This document shows positions 28,331 through 38,609 of a stretch of DNA of 64,000 bases, piece after piece. The stretch lies in NCBI GenBank assembly GCA_963665665.1, contig OY762428.1, positions 3,232,001 to 3,296,000 on the forward strand, read 5' to 3'. The notes below the pieces were generated by a model, which searched no databases, was not told where the DNA came from, and worked only from the letters and a program-made list of their open reading frames with translations. A program made the position numbers and the translations under genes. The DNA comes from Candidatus Kapaibacterium sp. GTDB lineage: Bacteria; Bacteroidota; Ignavibacteria; Kapaibacteriales; UBA2268. How positions within the stretch are numbered: position 1 is the first letter of the stretch; each line of letters begins with the position of its first letter.

Positions 28331-31300
28331 ATGAAAAACATTGTTAATTTCTTTATTAAATATCCTTCCTGGGCTACTGTTATCAAGATTTTGATAATGG
28401 GATTTGGCCTTGCTGCCGTTTTCAGCATGAAATCCTCTTTCTTTCCGGAAATGGATTCAAAAACAATATCCATCCAGATAACCTACCCGGGCGCTTCGCC
28501 GCTTGAAATAGAAAAAGGTATTATCCAGAAGATAGAAGATAACCTGAAGGGAGTTCAGGGAATTGAACGATACACATCACAGTCCAGGGAAAATATCGGA
28601 ACAATATCAATAGAAACACTGAAAAGCCATGATGTTGATGAGGTTCTCCAGGATGTAAAAAATGCCGTTGACAGGATAAATTCTTTCCCTACAGGTATGG
28701 AACCTCCGGTTGTATTCAAGAATCCCGCAACTGAATTCGCAATTAATTTCTCTGTTACGGGCGATGTGGATATTAAATCACTAAAAACAATTGCGCGTGA
28801 TGTTGAAAATGATCTGCGTGGTATCAAGGGGATATCCCAGGTTAGTATTGGCGGATACCCGGACGAGGAAATTCTTATTGCCGTGAAAGAAGATCAAATG
28901 CGGGCTTACGGTGTCAGTTTCGATCAGATATCAAATGCCGTAAGGATGGCAAATATAGATATTTCTGCCGGATCGATAAAATCAAGAAACGAGGAAATCC
29001 TGATTCGTTTTGAAGGTAAGGAATATTTTGCAGAGGAAATGCAGGACATTGTAATCAAATCAATGCCAGACGGCAGGCTTGTTCTGCTTAGCGATGTGGC
29101 GGAAGTCAGCAATACATGGGCGGAATCACCGCAAAGCACACATATTAACGGCCAGAGATCGGTTATAATAACTATAAATAAAATTTATGGCGAGGATATT
29201 TTATTCATTACCAGCCGTGTCCGGGAGTATGTTGACGAATTCAACAAAGAGAACGAAGTTGTCAAAGCCGCAGTACTTGACGATTTCACGATAAACCTGC
29301 GCGACAGGCTGGATATGCTTGTTGATAACGGAGCTCTTGGTATTATCCTTGTACTGATATCACTATCTTTCTTTCTGAAATTCCGGCTGGCATTCTGGGT
29401 TGCAATGGCAATACCATTCTCATTTCTCGGGATGTTCCTCACGGGATATATTTTCGGATTAACGATAAACGTAATATCTCTCTTTGGCTGTATCCTGGTT
29501 GTCGGTATCCTTGTTGATGACGGGATAGTTATCGCCGAGCAGATATATCAGAACTACGAGCGCGGCAGAAGGCCCTTCTCGGCTGCAATCAGGGGAACTA
29601 TGGAGGTTATGCCTTCTGTTACATTTGCCATACTTACAACAATTGTTGCTTTCCTGCCATTCTTCTTCTTTGACGGACGCCAGGGAGAAATGATGACTGA
29701 TATGGCATTTGTGGTAATATTCACGATAGCATTTTCGCTCGTGGAGGCCTTTATAATATTACCCGCACACCTGGCACACTCAAAAGCCATCAGGCAGACC
29801 AAAAAAGAAAATAAATTCCGGAAAAAACTTGATCAATGGCTTTACTGGCCAAGGGATAAATTCTATGCTCCGTCATTGAAATTTTTCCTTGATAATAAAA
29901 TTATTATCGCCGCCAGCGCAATTTTCATGACTATGGCTACAATCGGGGCATTCAAAGGCGGTGTAATAGGGCTTACTTTCTTTCCATTCATTGATATGGA
30001 TTCATTCGAGATCACTCTTCAAATGCCCGCCGGAACAAGGGAATATGAAACAGAAAAATACCTTGACAAAATAGAAAAAGCAGTATGGGAAGCTAACGAG
30101 GAAATTAAAAAGCAGCGCCCGGACGGCAAAGATGTTATTATCAGGGTGGTAAAAAATATGGCTCAGGGCCAGACAGGGCTTTGGGGAGCAGTAAACACCG
30201 GGGGTTCCAATATCGGAACGCTGAAAGTTGTGATGCTTAAGGGCGAAGAAAGAAACATGGAAAGTTTTAAAATTTCCAATGTTATCCGAGAAAAAGTCGG
30301 CCCGATAAAAGAAGCTGAAAAACTTTCCTATGGTACCGGTTCCCGTTTCGGCAAGCCGATATCAATACCGCTTATAAGCCCGGATTTTGAAGAACTGGAA
30401 GGAGCCAGGCAGGAACTGAAAGCCCGTTTGAACGAGATAAGCGAGCTCAGGGATGTATCTGATAATTCCCCGAGCGGCTTAAGGGAAATAAAGATCAGGC
30501 TAAAGGAAAATGCAAGAATACTCGGCCTTACAGGTCTTGGAATTGCCAGCCAGATAAGACAGGGATTTTTCGGCGAGGAAATCCAAAGGCTTCAGAGGGG
30601 GCAGGATGAAATAAAAGTTTGGGTCAGGTTCGTGCCTGAGGACAGGTCGAGCATGAAAAAATGGGAGGATATGAGAATCCGGACTCAAAATGGCGAGGAG
30701 TTTCCCTTATCCCAACTAATAAGCTATGAAATTAAAAGAGAAAATGAAGTAATAAACCACCTTGACGGGAACAGGGAAATTACAATCGAAGCAGATATGG
30801 TTGACCAGAATGCTGAAGTTCCTCCTGTTTTAAACAGGGTAACCGGAGAGATTCTTCCTGAAATTCTGGCAAAATATCCAAGTGTTAAAACTGCTGAAAG
30901 CGGCCAGAAAAGGGAAATATTCAAAACAGCACGTTCTGCAAGGGTTGCCATGCCCGTGGCTTTCATCATTATGTTCTTCCTTGTGCTGCTTAGTTTCAGG
31001 TCAACAATGCAGGCTGTATTGGTATTCTCATTATTACCTCTTGGTTTTATCGGAGCTGCATGGGGGCATTTCTTCCAGGATATGCCGGTAAATATGATGT
31101 CGGCTTATGGTATAATCGCATTAACCGGTATTATTGTGAATGATGCCATTGTATTTATAAATACATTTAATCAATACATGAGGGACGGAAGGCAGTTTAA
31201 GCAGGCCCTTTTCGATGCAGGAATTAACAGGTTCAGGCCGATATTGCTAACAACATTGACAACCGTTCTGGGCCTATTGCCATTACTTTCCGAAACAAGT

Positions 31301-31516
31301 ATGCAGGCTCAGTTCCTTAAACCAATGGCAATATCGGTGGCGTTCGGCTTAACACTGGCTTCATTTTGTACGCTCGTATTCCTGCCGGTATACATGATGA
31401 TTTTCAATAAAATGAAAATTTATGCCAAATATATCTGGACAGGCCAAAAACCGACTCCCGAAGAAGTGGAACCGGCAGTAATTGAAATGAGAAAAATTCA
31501 GGAAAATGCAGAGTAA
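28331..31516 (+). CDS. RND efflux permease (AcrB/CzcA family)
   Basis: 1061 aa; YPGASP, GILVDDGIVIAE, GIIVNDAIV, RFRPILLTTLTT. Confidence 0.95.
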   Translation: MKNIVNFFIKYPSWATVIKILIMGFGLAAVFSMKSSFFPEMDSKTISIQITYPGASPLEIEKGIIQKIEDNLKGVQGIERYTSQSRENIGTISIETLKSHDVDEVLQDVKNAVDRINSFPTGMEPPVVFKNPATEFAINFSVTGDVDIKSLKTIARDVENDLRGIKGISQVSIGGYPDEEILIAVKEDQMRAYGVSFDQISNAVRMANIDISAGSIKSRNEEILIRFEGKEYFAEEMQDIVIKSMPDGRLVLLSDVAEVSNTWAESPQSTHINGQRSVIITINKIYGEDILFITSRVREYVDEFNKENEVVKAAVLDDFTINLRDRLDMLVDNGALGIILVLISLSFFLKFRLAFWVAMAIPFSFLGMFLTGYIFGLTINVISLFGCILVVGILVDDGIVIAEQIYQNYERGRRPFSAAIRGTMEVMPSVTFAILTTIVAFLPFFFFDGRQGEMMTDMAFVVIFTIAFSLVEAFIILPAHLAHSKAIRQTKKENKFRKKLDQWLYWPRDKFYAPSLKFFLDNKIIIAASAIFMTMATIGAFKGGVIGLTFFPFIDMDSFEITLQMPAGTREYETEKYLDKIEKAVWEANEEIKKQRPDGKDVIIRVVKNMAQGQTGLWGAVNTGGSNIGTLKVVMLKGEERNMESFKISNVIREKVGPIKEAEKLSYGTGSRFGKPISIPLISPDFEELEGARQELKARLNEISELRDVSDNSPSGLREIKIRLKENARILGLTGLGIASQIRQGFFGEEIQRLQRGQDEIKVWVRFVPEDRSSMKKWEDMRIRTQNGEEFPLSQLISYEIKRENEVINHLDGNREITIEADMVDQNAEVPPVLNRVTGEILPEILAKYPSVKTAESGQKREIFKTARSARVAMPVAFIIMFFLVLLSFRSTMQAVLVFSLLPLGFIGAAWGHFFQDMPVNMMSAYGIIALTGIIVNDAIVFINTFNQYMRDGRQFKQALFDAGINRFRPILLTTLTTVLGLLPLLSETSMQAQFLKPMAISVAFGLTLASFCTLVFLPVYMMIFNKMKIYAKYIWTGQKPTPEEVEPAVIEMRKIQENAE

Positions 31517-31519
31517 GTT

Positions 31520-32902
31520 ATGAAATCAAATATTGAAACAAATATCAGGAAAATGCATAGCAGAAGCGGTAAGATTGCCGATTACCCGTGGGTATTGTCA
31601 TTATTGATTATCGTTTTTTCTGCTGTTTTTTCGACAACAGCTATTTCAAAGGATATTATGACCCTTGAAGAAGCTGTGAAAATTACCCTGGCAAACAATT
31701 ACTCGGTTATAATGTCGAAGAAAAGCGCCGAAATAGCTGATAATAACAGGGGTGCCGGAAATGCCGGAATGTTGCCAAAACTTGACATTACTGCCGGCTA
31801 CCAGTATAATAACAAAGATATTGACCTGGAACTGGCCGGAGGTAACAGAATCAAACAGGACGGCAACACGGACAGGGCTTATAATTATGCTGCACAGCTT
31901 AGCTGGACTTTATTCGACGGCATGGCAATGTTCATTACATACGATAAAAACGAAGCCCTGAAAGAGAAATCCGATATTGAACTCCAGGTGGCAATGGAAA
32001 ATTCTCTTAGAAATCTATACTCGGCATATTTTGAATCTGCAAGGCTCAGGCAGGAAATTAACGTACTTAAAAGCAGTCTGCAAATATCCCGGAACAGGCT
32101 CCAAAAAACACTTGATAAGGCTGAATTCGGAAATGCCCCTAAAATTGAAACTTTACAGGCAAGGGTTGACCTTAATGCCGACAGTTCGCAATACCTGCAA
32201 ACCGAACTGGCTTATAAAAATTCGATCAGGAACCTGAATTTCATCATGGGCAGGGATGTATTGCTGGAATTCGAACCGGATACCAGCGTAACTTTTATTA
32301 CTTTATTTACCCTGAAAGAAATGAAGATACTTGCTATGCAGGCAAATACATCTATCAACTCGGCAATTAAAACCAAAGAGATCAGCGCTTTTGACAGACA
32401 ATTAATACTATCGGCAATTTATCCAAGGATTAATGCCAACGCTTCCTGGTCTTTCAATAAATCGGAAGCTGACGCGGGTTATATGCTTTCTAACCAAAGC
32501 AGCGGTTTAGGTGTTGGCCTGAACCTGAGCTGGAATATTTTTGACGGGTTAAAAACTAACACTGCCGCTGAAAATGCCCGTCTGATGGAGGAAATTAATG
32601 AAACTACTTATCAGCAACTGATTTCCCAGGTGGATATGAGCATGACCAATGCCTACGATACATGGAAAAGGCGGATGAAAATTTACCAGCTTGAAGAAGA
32701 CAACCTGGAATCCGCCGAACTTAATTTCCAACGCTCAGAAGAGCTATACAAGCTGGGGCGTTTAACTTCGATAGAACTCCGTGAGGCACAGCTCAACCTG
32801 GTACGTTCAAAGAACAGGATACTCAATGCCCGTTACCAGGCGAAAATTTCAGAGACGGAATTGTTGCTGCTCAGCGGACAGATGATGAAGCTGGGACTTT
32901 AG
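31520..32902 (+). CDS. TolC-family outer-membrane efflux protein
   Basis: MTLEEAV..LANN, LPKLD, WTLFDG, WNIFDG, helical repeats. Confidence 0.9.
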   Translation: MKSNIETNIRKMHSRSGKIADYPWVLSLLIIVFSAVFSTTAISKDIMTLEEAVKITLANNYSVIMSKKSAEIADNNRGAGNAGMLPKLDITAGYQYNNKDIDLELAGGNRIKQDGNTDRAYNYAAQLSWTLFDGMAMFITYDKNEALKEKSDIELQVAMENSLRNLYSAYFESARLRQEINVLKSSLQISRNRLQKTLDKAEFGNAPKIETLQARVDLNADSSQYLQTELAYKNSIRNLNFIMGRDVLLEFEPDTSVTFITLFTLKEMKILAMQANTSINSAIKTKEISAFDRQLILSAIYPRINANASWSFNKSEADAGYMLSNQSSGLGVGLNLSWNIFDGLKTNTAAENARLMEEINETTYQQLISQVDMSMTNAYDTWKRRMKIYQLEEDNLESAELNFQRSEELYKLGRLTSIELREAQLNLVRSKNRILNARYQAKISETELLLLSGQMMKLGL

Positions 32903-32911
32903 GGAATTGAT

Positions 32912-33041
32912 GGGGCTTTCAAAAAAGTTAGGAAAACTTGCATTCTGAGTGCAGCGAGGAATCCATAACCCGCATGAATACTGGATTATTCACTTTGTTC
33001 AGAATGAGAAATCGTAAATGATTTTAATAAAGAGACTGCCC
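32912..33041. repeat. Nested palindromic element (cattctga...tcagaatg core within ggggc...gcccc ends)
   Basis: Inner arms 32941-32965 and 32982-33006; outer imperfect inverted ends ggggctttc (32912) and gactgcccc (33041). Confidence 0.6.
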
Positions 33042-33105
33042 CGACTGCCGATAGGATAAAAGTAAATTTTTTGAATGAATAATAATTGTTGAAAGATAGA
33101 TAATA

Positions 33106-34128
33106 ATGGCGTTCCCGGGAAAATTATTTAAATATAATCCTGTCAGGCCTTTAATTGATTCTCAGAACCCTGCTATATCCTATTTTGCAAGAAGAGATTT
33201 TCTTTTAAGCAAAGTAAGCGATATAAGCCTGATATGGGATTGTGATGATTCCCTGAATATTCTCAGGAAACAAAAACCAGGAGGATTTTGGAAATCAAAA
33301 ACCGCGAATCGCCAAAAAGCTCCGGCGGTTAATTATGACTTGTTTGAAACATTCAAAGCATTTTCCCGGCTGATTGAAATGTATGAGTTTGATAATACTA
33401 ATCAATCCATTCAGAGAGCAGCAGATTACTTATTTTCATGTCAGACAAAAGAAGGTGATTTCAGGGGAATCATCGGGGAACAATACGCGCCTTATTATAC
33501 AGGCCTTATTATGTCCCTGTTGATCAGGGCAGGTTATGCCGCTGATGAAAGGATTGAAAAAGGATTTTCCTGGCTGCTGTCAATGAGGCAAAATGATGGT
33601 GGGTGGTTAATAGGCAGCCCGGGATGTTTCGGGGATTATTCCGAAGAAGAAAAGCAGAGAATTACCACTCATTATGTTGGCACCAAAAGGGACTTTGATT
33701 TTTCCCGCCCATTTACACACAGTGGAACCGGAATGGTTTTAAGAGCATTTGCCGTGCATCCGGAGTGGTCGGAATCGGAAGAGGCTTGCCATGCCGCGGC
33801 ATTAATTAAGGAACAATTCTTTTTGAAGGATAATTCAACATCATACCAACACCCTGATAACTGGGTGAATTTTAAATATCCATTTTTCTGGACTGATTTG
33901 ATATCTGCTTTAGATTCTTTATCACTGATTGGATTAAGTAAAGATGATCCGTATATTGATAAAGCATTGAAATGGCTTATAGATAACCAACTGGAAACTG
34001 GCCTCTGGGATAATAGTTACTCAAAAATCCATAGTAATATAAAAAATGAGAAGACATATCAGGTTCAGTTATGGATCAGCCTGGCAATTTGCAGGATTTT
34101 TAATAGATTTTATAATGTAGAGAATTAA
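33106..34128 (+). CDS. Prenyltransferase/squalene-cyclase-repeat (alpha/alpha barrel) protein
   Basis: QW-type repeats KQKPGGFW, CQTKEGDF, WLLSMRQNDGGW, WLIDNQLETGLW. Confidence 0.75.
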   Translation: MAFPGKLFKYNPVRPLIDSQNPAISYFARRDFLLSKVSDISLIWDCDDSLNILRKQKPGGFWKSKTANRQKAPAVNYDLFETFKAFSRLIEMYEFDNTNQSIQRAADYLFSCQTKEGDFRGIIGEQYAPYYTGLIMSLLIRAGYAADERIEKGFSWLLSMRQNDGGWLIGSPGCFGDYSEEEKQRITTHYVGTKRDFDFSRPFTHSGTGMVLRAFAVHPEWSESEEACHAAALIKEQFFLKDNSTSYQHPDNWVNFKYPFFWTDLISALDSLSLIGLSKDDPYIDKALKWLIDNQLETGLWDNSYSKIHSNIKNEKTYQVQLWISLAICRIFNRFYNVEN

Positions 34129-34143
34129 GCACTCAAAGGGTGA

Positions 34144-34448
34144 ATTTGCCAAAAAAATGCCACTAATATAAATGTTGAAAACCGACAAAATGATTTTGGA
34201 ATGATTATCTCTCCGAACCCTGCTACCGATTTTATTGAAATTAAGAATATCAACCCAGGGTTAACCCATGGGTTGATGGCGATGAGATAGAAATCTAATA
34301 TCTGCCTGGCGAAAGATTTGCGTCTGAATCCATTCTTCCGCCGGCCGGCAGTCATCGGATGAATATTTCAGAATTGAATGCCGGAATATATTTCATTAAA
34401 TTAATTTCGGGAGTTGAGAATATTACAATGAAGTTTATTGTGGAGTAA
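34144..34448 (+). pseudogene. Orphan, disrupted T9SS C-terminal sorting domain
   Basis: Reads NVE..IISPNPATDFIEIKNINPG / (1-bp frameshift) NPWVDGDEIEI*YLPGE..SHRMNISELNAGIYFIKL..KFIVE*; closely matches the CTD DNA at about 7690-7800; no passenger domain. Confidence 0.8.
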
Positions 34449-34811
34449 TTTTTATCATATTGATGATAGAAAAGGATTGAAAACTTTCTGATTACTCAAA
34501 AATAAATTCAGCGGTAAATGATAATCTAATTTGGTTGACATTTGTAACTGGTTTCTTATTACCGTCATTGGCAACTGAATGATTTTATTCTTTGAAATCG
34601 GTTAAAGTATAAAAATTAAAAATATTTAAGAACTTTAAATTAGTTATATTTGTTTAAGCTTAGATTAAACGTAATCCTAAAAAAGTTTAAGACTATTGTT
34701 TAATGGTTCAAAGCCTTTGTTTTGCAGAGTCATTATCTAATAACTAATTCTTTCTGTTGGAAAATGTTTTCTATACATTTTTATTCATTTATTGTCGGAA
34801 AGAAGTTAAAT

Positions 34812-35954
34812 ATGATGACGAATCTTTTAACAATGGGAGTTATTGGAACATCACTGAAAGAAAACGAGAAGCGGGTTGCAATACATCCGGAACACATCAA
34901 ACAGATACCCAAATTATATCGTAGGCAGATCACCTTTGAAAAAGGTTATGGATTGAAATTTGGTATGGATGACCTAACATTGGCTGAACTTACATCAGGC
35001 AGAGTTGCTGATAGAAATGAAATATTGTCTGAATTCGATTGCGTTCTTACACCCAAGCCATTAGTTGAAGATTTAGAATTGATCAAAGAAGGCGCTACTT
35101 TATGGGGGTGGCCGCACTGTGTTCAGCAAAGAGAAATTACTCAAAAAGCTATAGATAGAAAACTAACGCTGATAGCATGGGAAGAAATGTTTGCATGGAG
35201 CAAATCAGGTGATAAAATCATGCATATCTTCTACAAAAATAATGAAATTGCCGGCTATGCCGGAGTAAATCACGCGCTAAGCCTGATAGGTGTTAACGGG
35301 TATTATGGAAAACAAATGAAAGCAGTGGTGCTTGGATTCGGTTCAGTAAGCCGCGGTGCTGTATATGCCCTACAGGGTCAGGGATTCCGGGATATAACTG
35401 TTTGCACCGATAGATTGTCAACCCAGGTCCACGATCAGTCTCCAAGTGTATCTTTTATGCAAACCACGAATGATAAATCCGGTAACATACAGGTTGAAGC
35501 TGATGGGAATACACTTTCGATACAGGAAGTATTATCAGACGTCCAAATAATTGTTAACGGAGTATTGCAAGATAGTGATAATCCAAAAATGTTTGTCTCG
35601 GATATTGATTCTGAAAAGTTGATGAAAGGAACTCTTATAATCGACATAAGCTGCGATGAAGGAATGGGATTCTGGTGTGCAAAACCAACAAGCTTTGAAG
35701 AGCCAATTCTGGATGTTGATGGTAAGTATTATTACTCAGTTGACCACAGTCCCAGTTTTTATTGGAATTCTGCAACATGGGAAATTTCCAAAGCTTTGCT
35801 ACCCTTCCTTAAAAAAGTATTGCAAGGCCCTGACGGTTGGGAAAAAGACAAGACAATACTCAGATCAATAGAAATACGTGAGGGTGTAATTCAGAATCCG
35901 AAAATACTTTCTTTCCAAAACAGAGAAAAGGAATATCCTCATTTATTGCATTGA
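34812..35954 (+). CDS. N5-(carboxyethyl)ornithine synthase / alanine dehydrogenase-PNT family protein
   Basis: SLKENEKRVAIHP, FEKGYG, WGWPHC, NNEIAGY, GFGSVSRG, IIDISCDEGMG, VDHSPS; start 34812. Confidence 0.85.
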   Translation: MMTNLLTMGVIGTSLKENEKRVAIHPEHIKQIPKLYRRQITFEKGYGLKFGMDDLTLAELTSGRVADRNEILSEFDCVLTPKPLVEDLELIKEGATLWGWPHCVQQREITQKAIDRKLTLIAWEEMFAWSKSGDKIMHIFYKNNEIAGYAGVNHALSLIGVNGYYGKQMKAVVLGFGSVSRGAVYALQGQGFRDITVCTDRLSTQVHDQSPSVSFMQTTNDKSGNIQVEADGNTLSIQEVLSDVQIIVNGVLQDSDNPKMFVSDIDSEKLMKGTLIIDISCDEGMGFWCAKPTSFEEPILDVDGKYYYSVDHSPSFYWNSATWEISKALLPFLKKVLQGPDGWEKDKTILRSIEIREGVIQNPKILSFQNREKEYPHLLH

Positions 35955-36259
35955 TATATTGAATTTTTATGTAATTTTCTCAGGGATGAGATTTTAAGAA
36001 TTTGATATATGACTGGATTGAGCATTATCTATTTCATCTCAATCAAATCGAAACGAGCCTTATTGTCCGCTTATAGGTTTATCCGTGTGATTACGGTATT
36101 CTATCTATTTGTACTGCATTCATAATTCCATATATGTAGTAGTTGCTGTGTTATTTATAGTGGCTATAGTGTAAATTTCTGAATTCGATTATAAAATAAT
36201 TTGCTGAATTATCAAATTTATTATATTTGCTGTATTATTAATTTCAATTTGACAGGAAT

Positions 36260-37075
36260 ATGAAAAGATATTTAAGATTATCAGCCATGCCCTTAATTGT
36301 TATTTTCACTGTTTTTGTATCAACTGCATTAGCAGGCGAGATATCCTCTGATCCTGAAAATGCTGATGTGAAGGGTGGCTTTACAAATCGTACATGCACC
36401 CGTTATATAGCATATGGAACCAAAATGGAACGTAAGATCAAAGTATCTTTAGCCAAATATGACAGCCTTGGCAGGAAGATTGAAATAATTGCCTATTCCT
36501 GGGATGGCTCCCTGAAACACAGGTTCACGTACGAATATGATAGCCGGGGCAAAATGATTAAGGAAGTTTTTTATCATAAAGACGGAAGAATTATTTCAAC
36601 TACTATTTTCAAATACGACAGTCACGGCAATAAGATTGAACGGATTAAAAGTACAAGACATGGTTCTGATCAAATTGAAAAATTTTCTTATGAATATGAT
36701 AATCTGGGCAATAAAATTGAGCGAACAGATTATAATGATGCCGGGGATGTTCAGTATAGATATTCATACAAATATGATACACAGAATAATCTGACAGAAT
36801 ATACTATGAGATTAAGTAATGGGGCCGTTGTAGAAAAAATTTCTTGTAAATACGATAGTAGTGGGAAATTGATAGAAAGCCAGAGTTATAGTCATGGTAA
36901 ATATTCAGGGAAAAGTATCCACGAATATGATGATGACAGCAGATTGATTAAGAGCATTTTATATAATAGTGACGGATCTGTAAACCATACTAATACATAC
37001 AAATATGATGAGTTTGGTAATTTGGTTGAGAATAGCCTTGATGGCGGAATGACTAAGTATATATACAGCAATTAA
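36260..37075 (+). CDS. Secreted YD/RHS-like repeat protein
   Basis: Signal peptide ending ALA; about 24-aa repeats YxYDxxGNxIE (eight YD units); no toxin tip. Confidence 0.75.
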   Translation: MKRYLRLSAMPLIVIFTVFVSTALAGEISSDPENADVKGGFTNRTCTRYIAYGTKMERKIKVSLAKYDSLGRKIEIIAYSWDGSLKHRFTYEYDSRGKMIKEVFYHKDGRIISTTIFKYDSHGNKIERIKSTRHGSDQIEKFSYEYDNLGNKIERTDYNDAGDVQYRYSYKYDTQNNLTEYTMRLSNGAVVEKISCKYDSSGKLIESQSYSHGKYSGKSIHEYDDDSRLIKSILYNSDGSVNHTNTYKYDEFGNLVENSLDGGMTKYIYSN

Positions 37076-37499
37076 TTTGAAGTCCGGTGATTTTACATAT
37101 ATTACCTATTTCAAAAACAATAAATTATGATATTCAGTTTTTTTATATTTATAACGTTCTTTGTTACAAAATTACGGGTTAGTATCAAAAGTTGGATATT
37201 AATGGTTAAATTGCAAGGTAAATACATCCCGAAGGACTGTTACAATATCGCGCCTCAGGCATTTCATCATTCATCCCTTGGAAATTATGTGCCTTTGGAG
37301 TCTCAACCATGCCGGGCATAGCAAACTCCAATATTTATATACAAAACAATCACCCGGCAAAAGCGATTACCGGCACTTTCGGATAGAAACAGCAATTGAT
37401 AAAATGGATCGACCGGACTAATAGAACGAAATTCTATATCAAAAAAGTGAAACTCAGTGTTTTCTGAGTAAAATTTTACCTGAAAAAGTGTTTTTGAAA

Positions 37500-38045
37500 G
37501 CACAAACTAAGGCTAAGATGACACGTACCAAGGCTAAGATGACACATACCAAGGCTAAGACGGCACAAACCAACGCTAAGATGACACATACCAAGGCTAA
37601 GACGACACGAACCAATGCTAAGATGACACATACCAACGCTAAGACGACACGAACCAAGGCTAATACGGCACGAACCAAGGCTAAGATGACACATACCAAG
37701 GCTAAGACGGCACGAACCAAGGCTAAGATGACACATACCAAGGCTAAGACGACACGAACAAGCGCTCGGAAAGCACGAGGGAACTCTCGGAAAGCACGGG
37801 GGAACGCTCGGAAAGCACGGGGGAACGCTCGGAAAGCTCGGGGGAACGCTCGGGAAGCTCGGGGGAACGCTCGGGAAACACGAGGGAACGCTCGGGAAGC
37901 ATGAAGGAACGCTCGGAAGAGACGGGGGAACGCTCGGGAAGCATGAGGGAACGCTCGGGAAGCACGGGGGAACACTCGGAAAGCACGAGGGAACGCTCGG
38001 AAGAGACGGGGGAACACTCGGAAAGCTCGGGGGAACGCTATAATA
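37500..38045. repeat. Bipartite 21-bp tandem repeat array (about 26 units)
   Basis: 12 units RCACRWACCAAGGCTAAGAYG (37500-37751), one chimeric unit (37752-37772), 13 units GCACGRGGGAACGCTCGGRAA (37773-38045, last degenerate); no spacers or indels. Confidence 0.95.
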
Positions 38046-38460
38046 CTACAAAACAAGGGGTTTCGATGGTAAAAATTCGTTTTCGAAGTAAGTGAAAATT
38101 ATATTATTACATATAAAATCAATGTTTTACATGAATAATGCTCTATTAAGTAAAATTCCTAACGGAAAATGATCCGTATAGCTGAAATTCAATTACATCC
38201 GGGTGCAAATTTCTCCGTTTTATCTATTGAAGTTCTATGTCGAGGAAAACCAAATATTGGTGAATCTGACAAAATAAGAAATGGCTCAAAGAATTTCATA
38301 CATAGACTATGAAGAAAAAAGCGAATACAGGGATACAGGAAGCAGGACAACACAATATACAACTTACTCCTATAGCCAATCAGATATCGATTACGGATAT
38401 GAAGGGGTAACTGCTATATTGAGTATAATAATTCAATAGAAAAAATTGTAATATTATCGG

Positions 38461-38500
38461 AAAAATGGAGACTGTATAACTGATATAGTCTCCATTTTTT
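38461..38500. terminator. Bidirectional intrinsic terminator
   Basis: aaaaatggagact...agtctccattttt inverted repeat. Confidence 0.7.
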
Positions 38501-38609
38501 CAATTTTCTCAAATAGAAATAACTTTGAACACATATTTACGTGTGAACTATGCAGATATTCTGACTCCGAAACGAGAAACCAAAGATTTAGATGATTAAA
38601 AAAAGTATT

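Noticed and set aside
34125-34355. 76-aa - strand ORF containing INPWVNPG
   Set aside because: Antisense reading of the CTD pseudogene; the similarity to the CTD peptide results from the DNA palindrome
36260-37075. RHS polymorphic toxin
   Set aside because: Too short, no RHS core terminus, toxin domain or immunity gene
37500-38045. CRISPR array
   Set aside because: Units are contiguous with no unique spacers, are not palindromic, and no cas genes are in the window
38281-38439. 52-aa + strand ORF (MAQRISYIDYEE...) before the terminator
   Set aside because: Possibly a gene remnant, but no recognisable family or RBS; cannot be supported without a search
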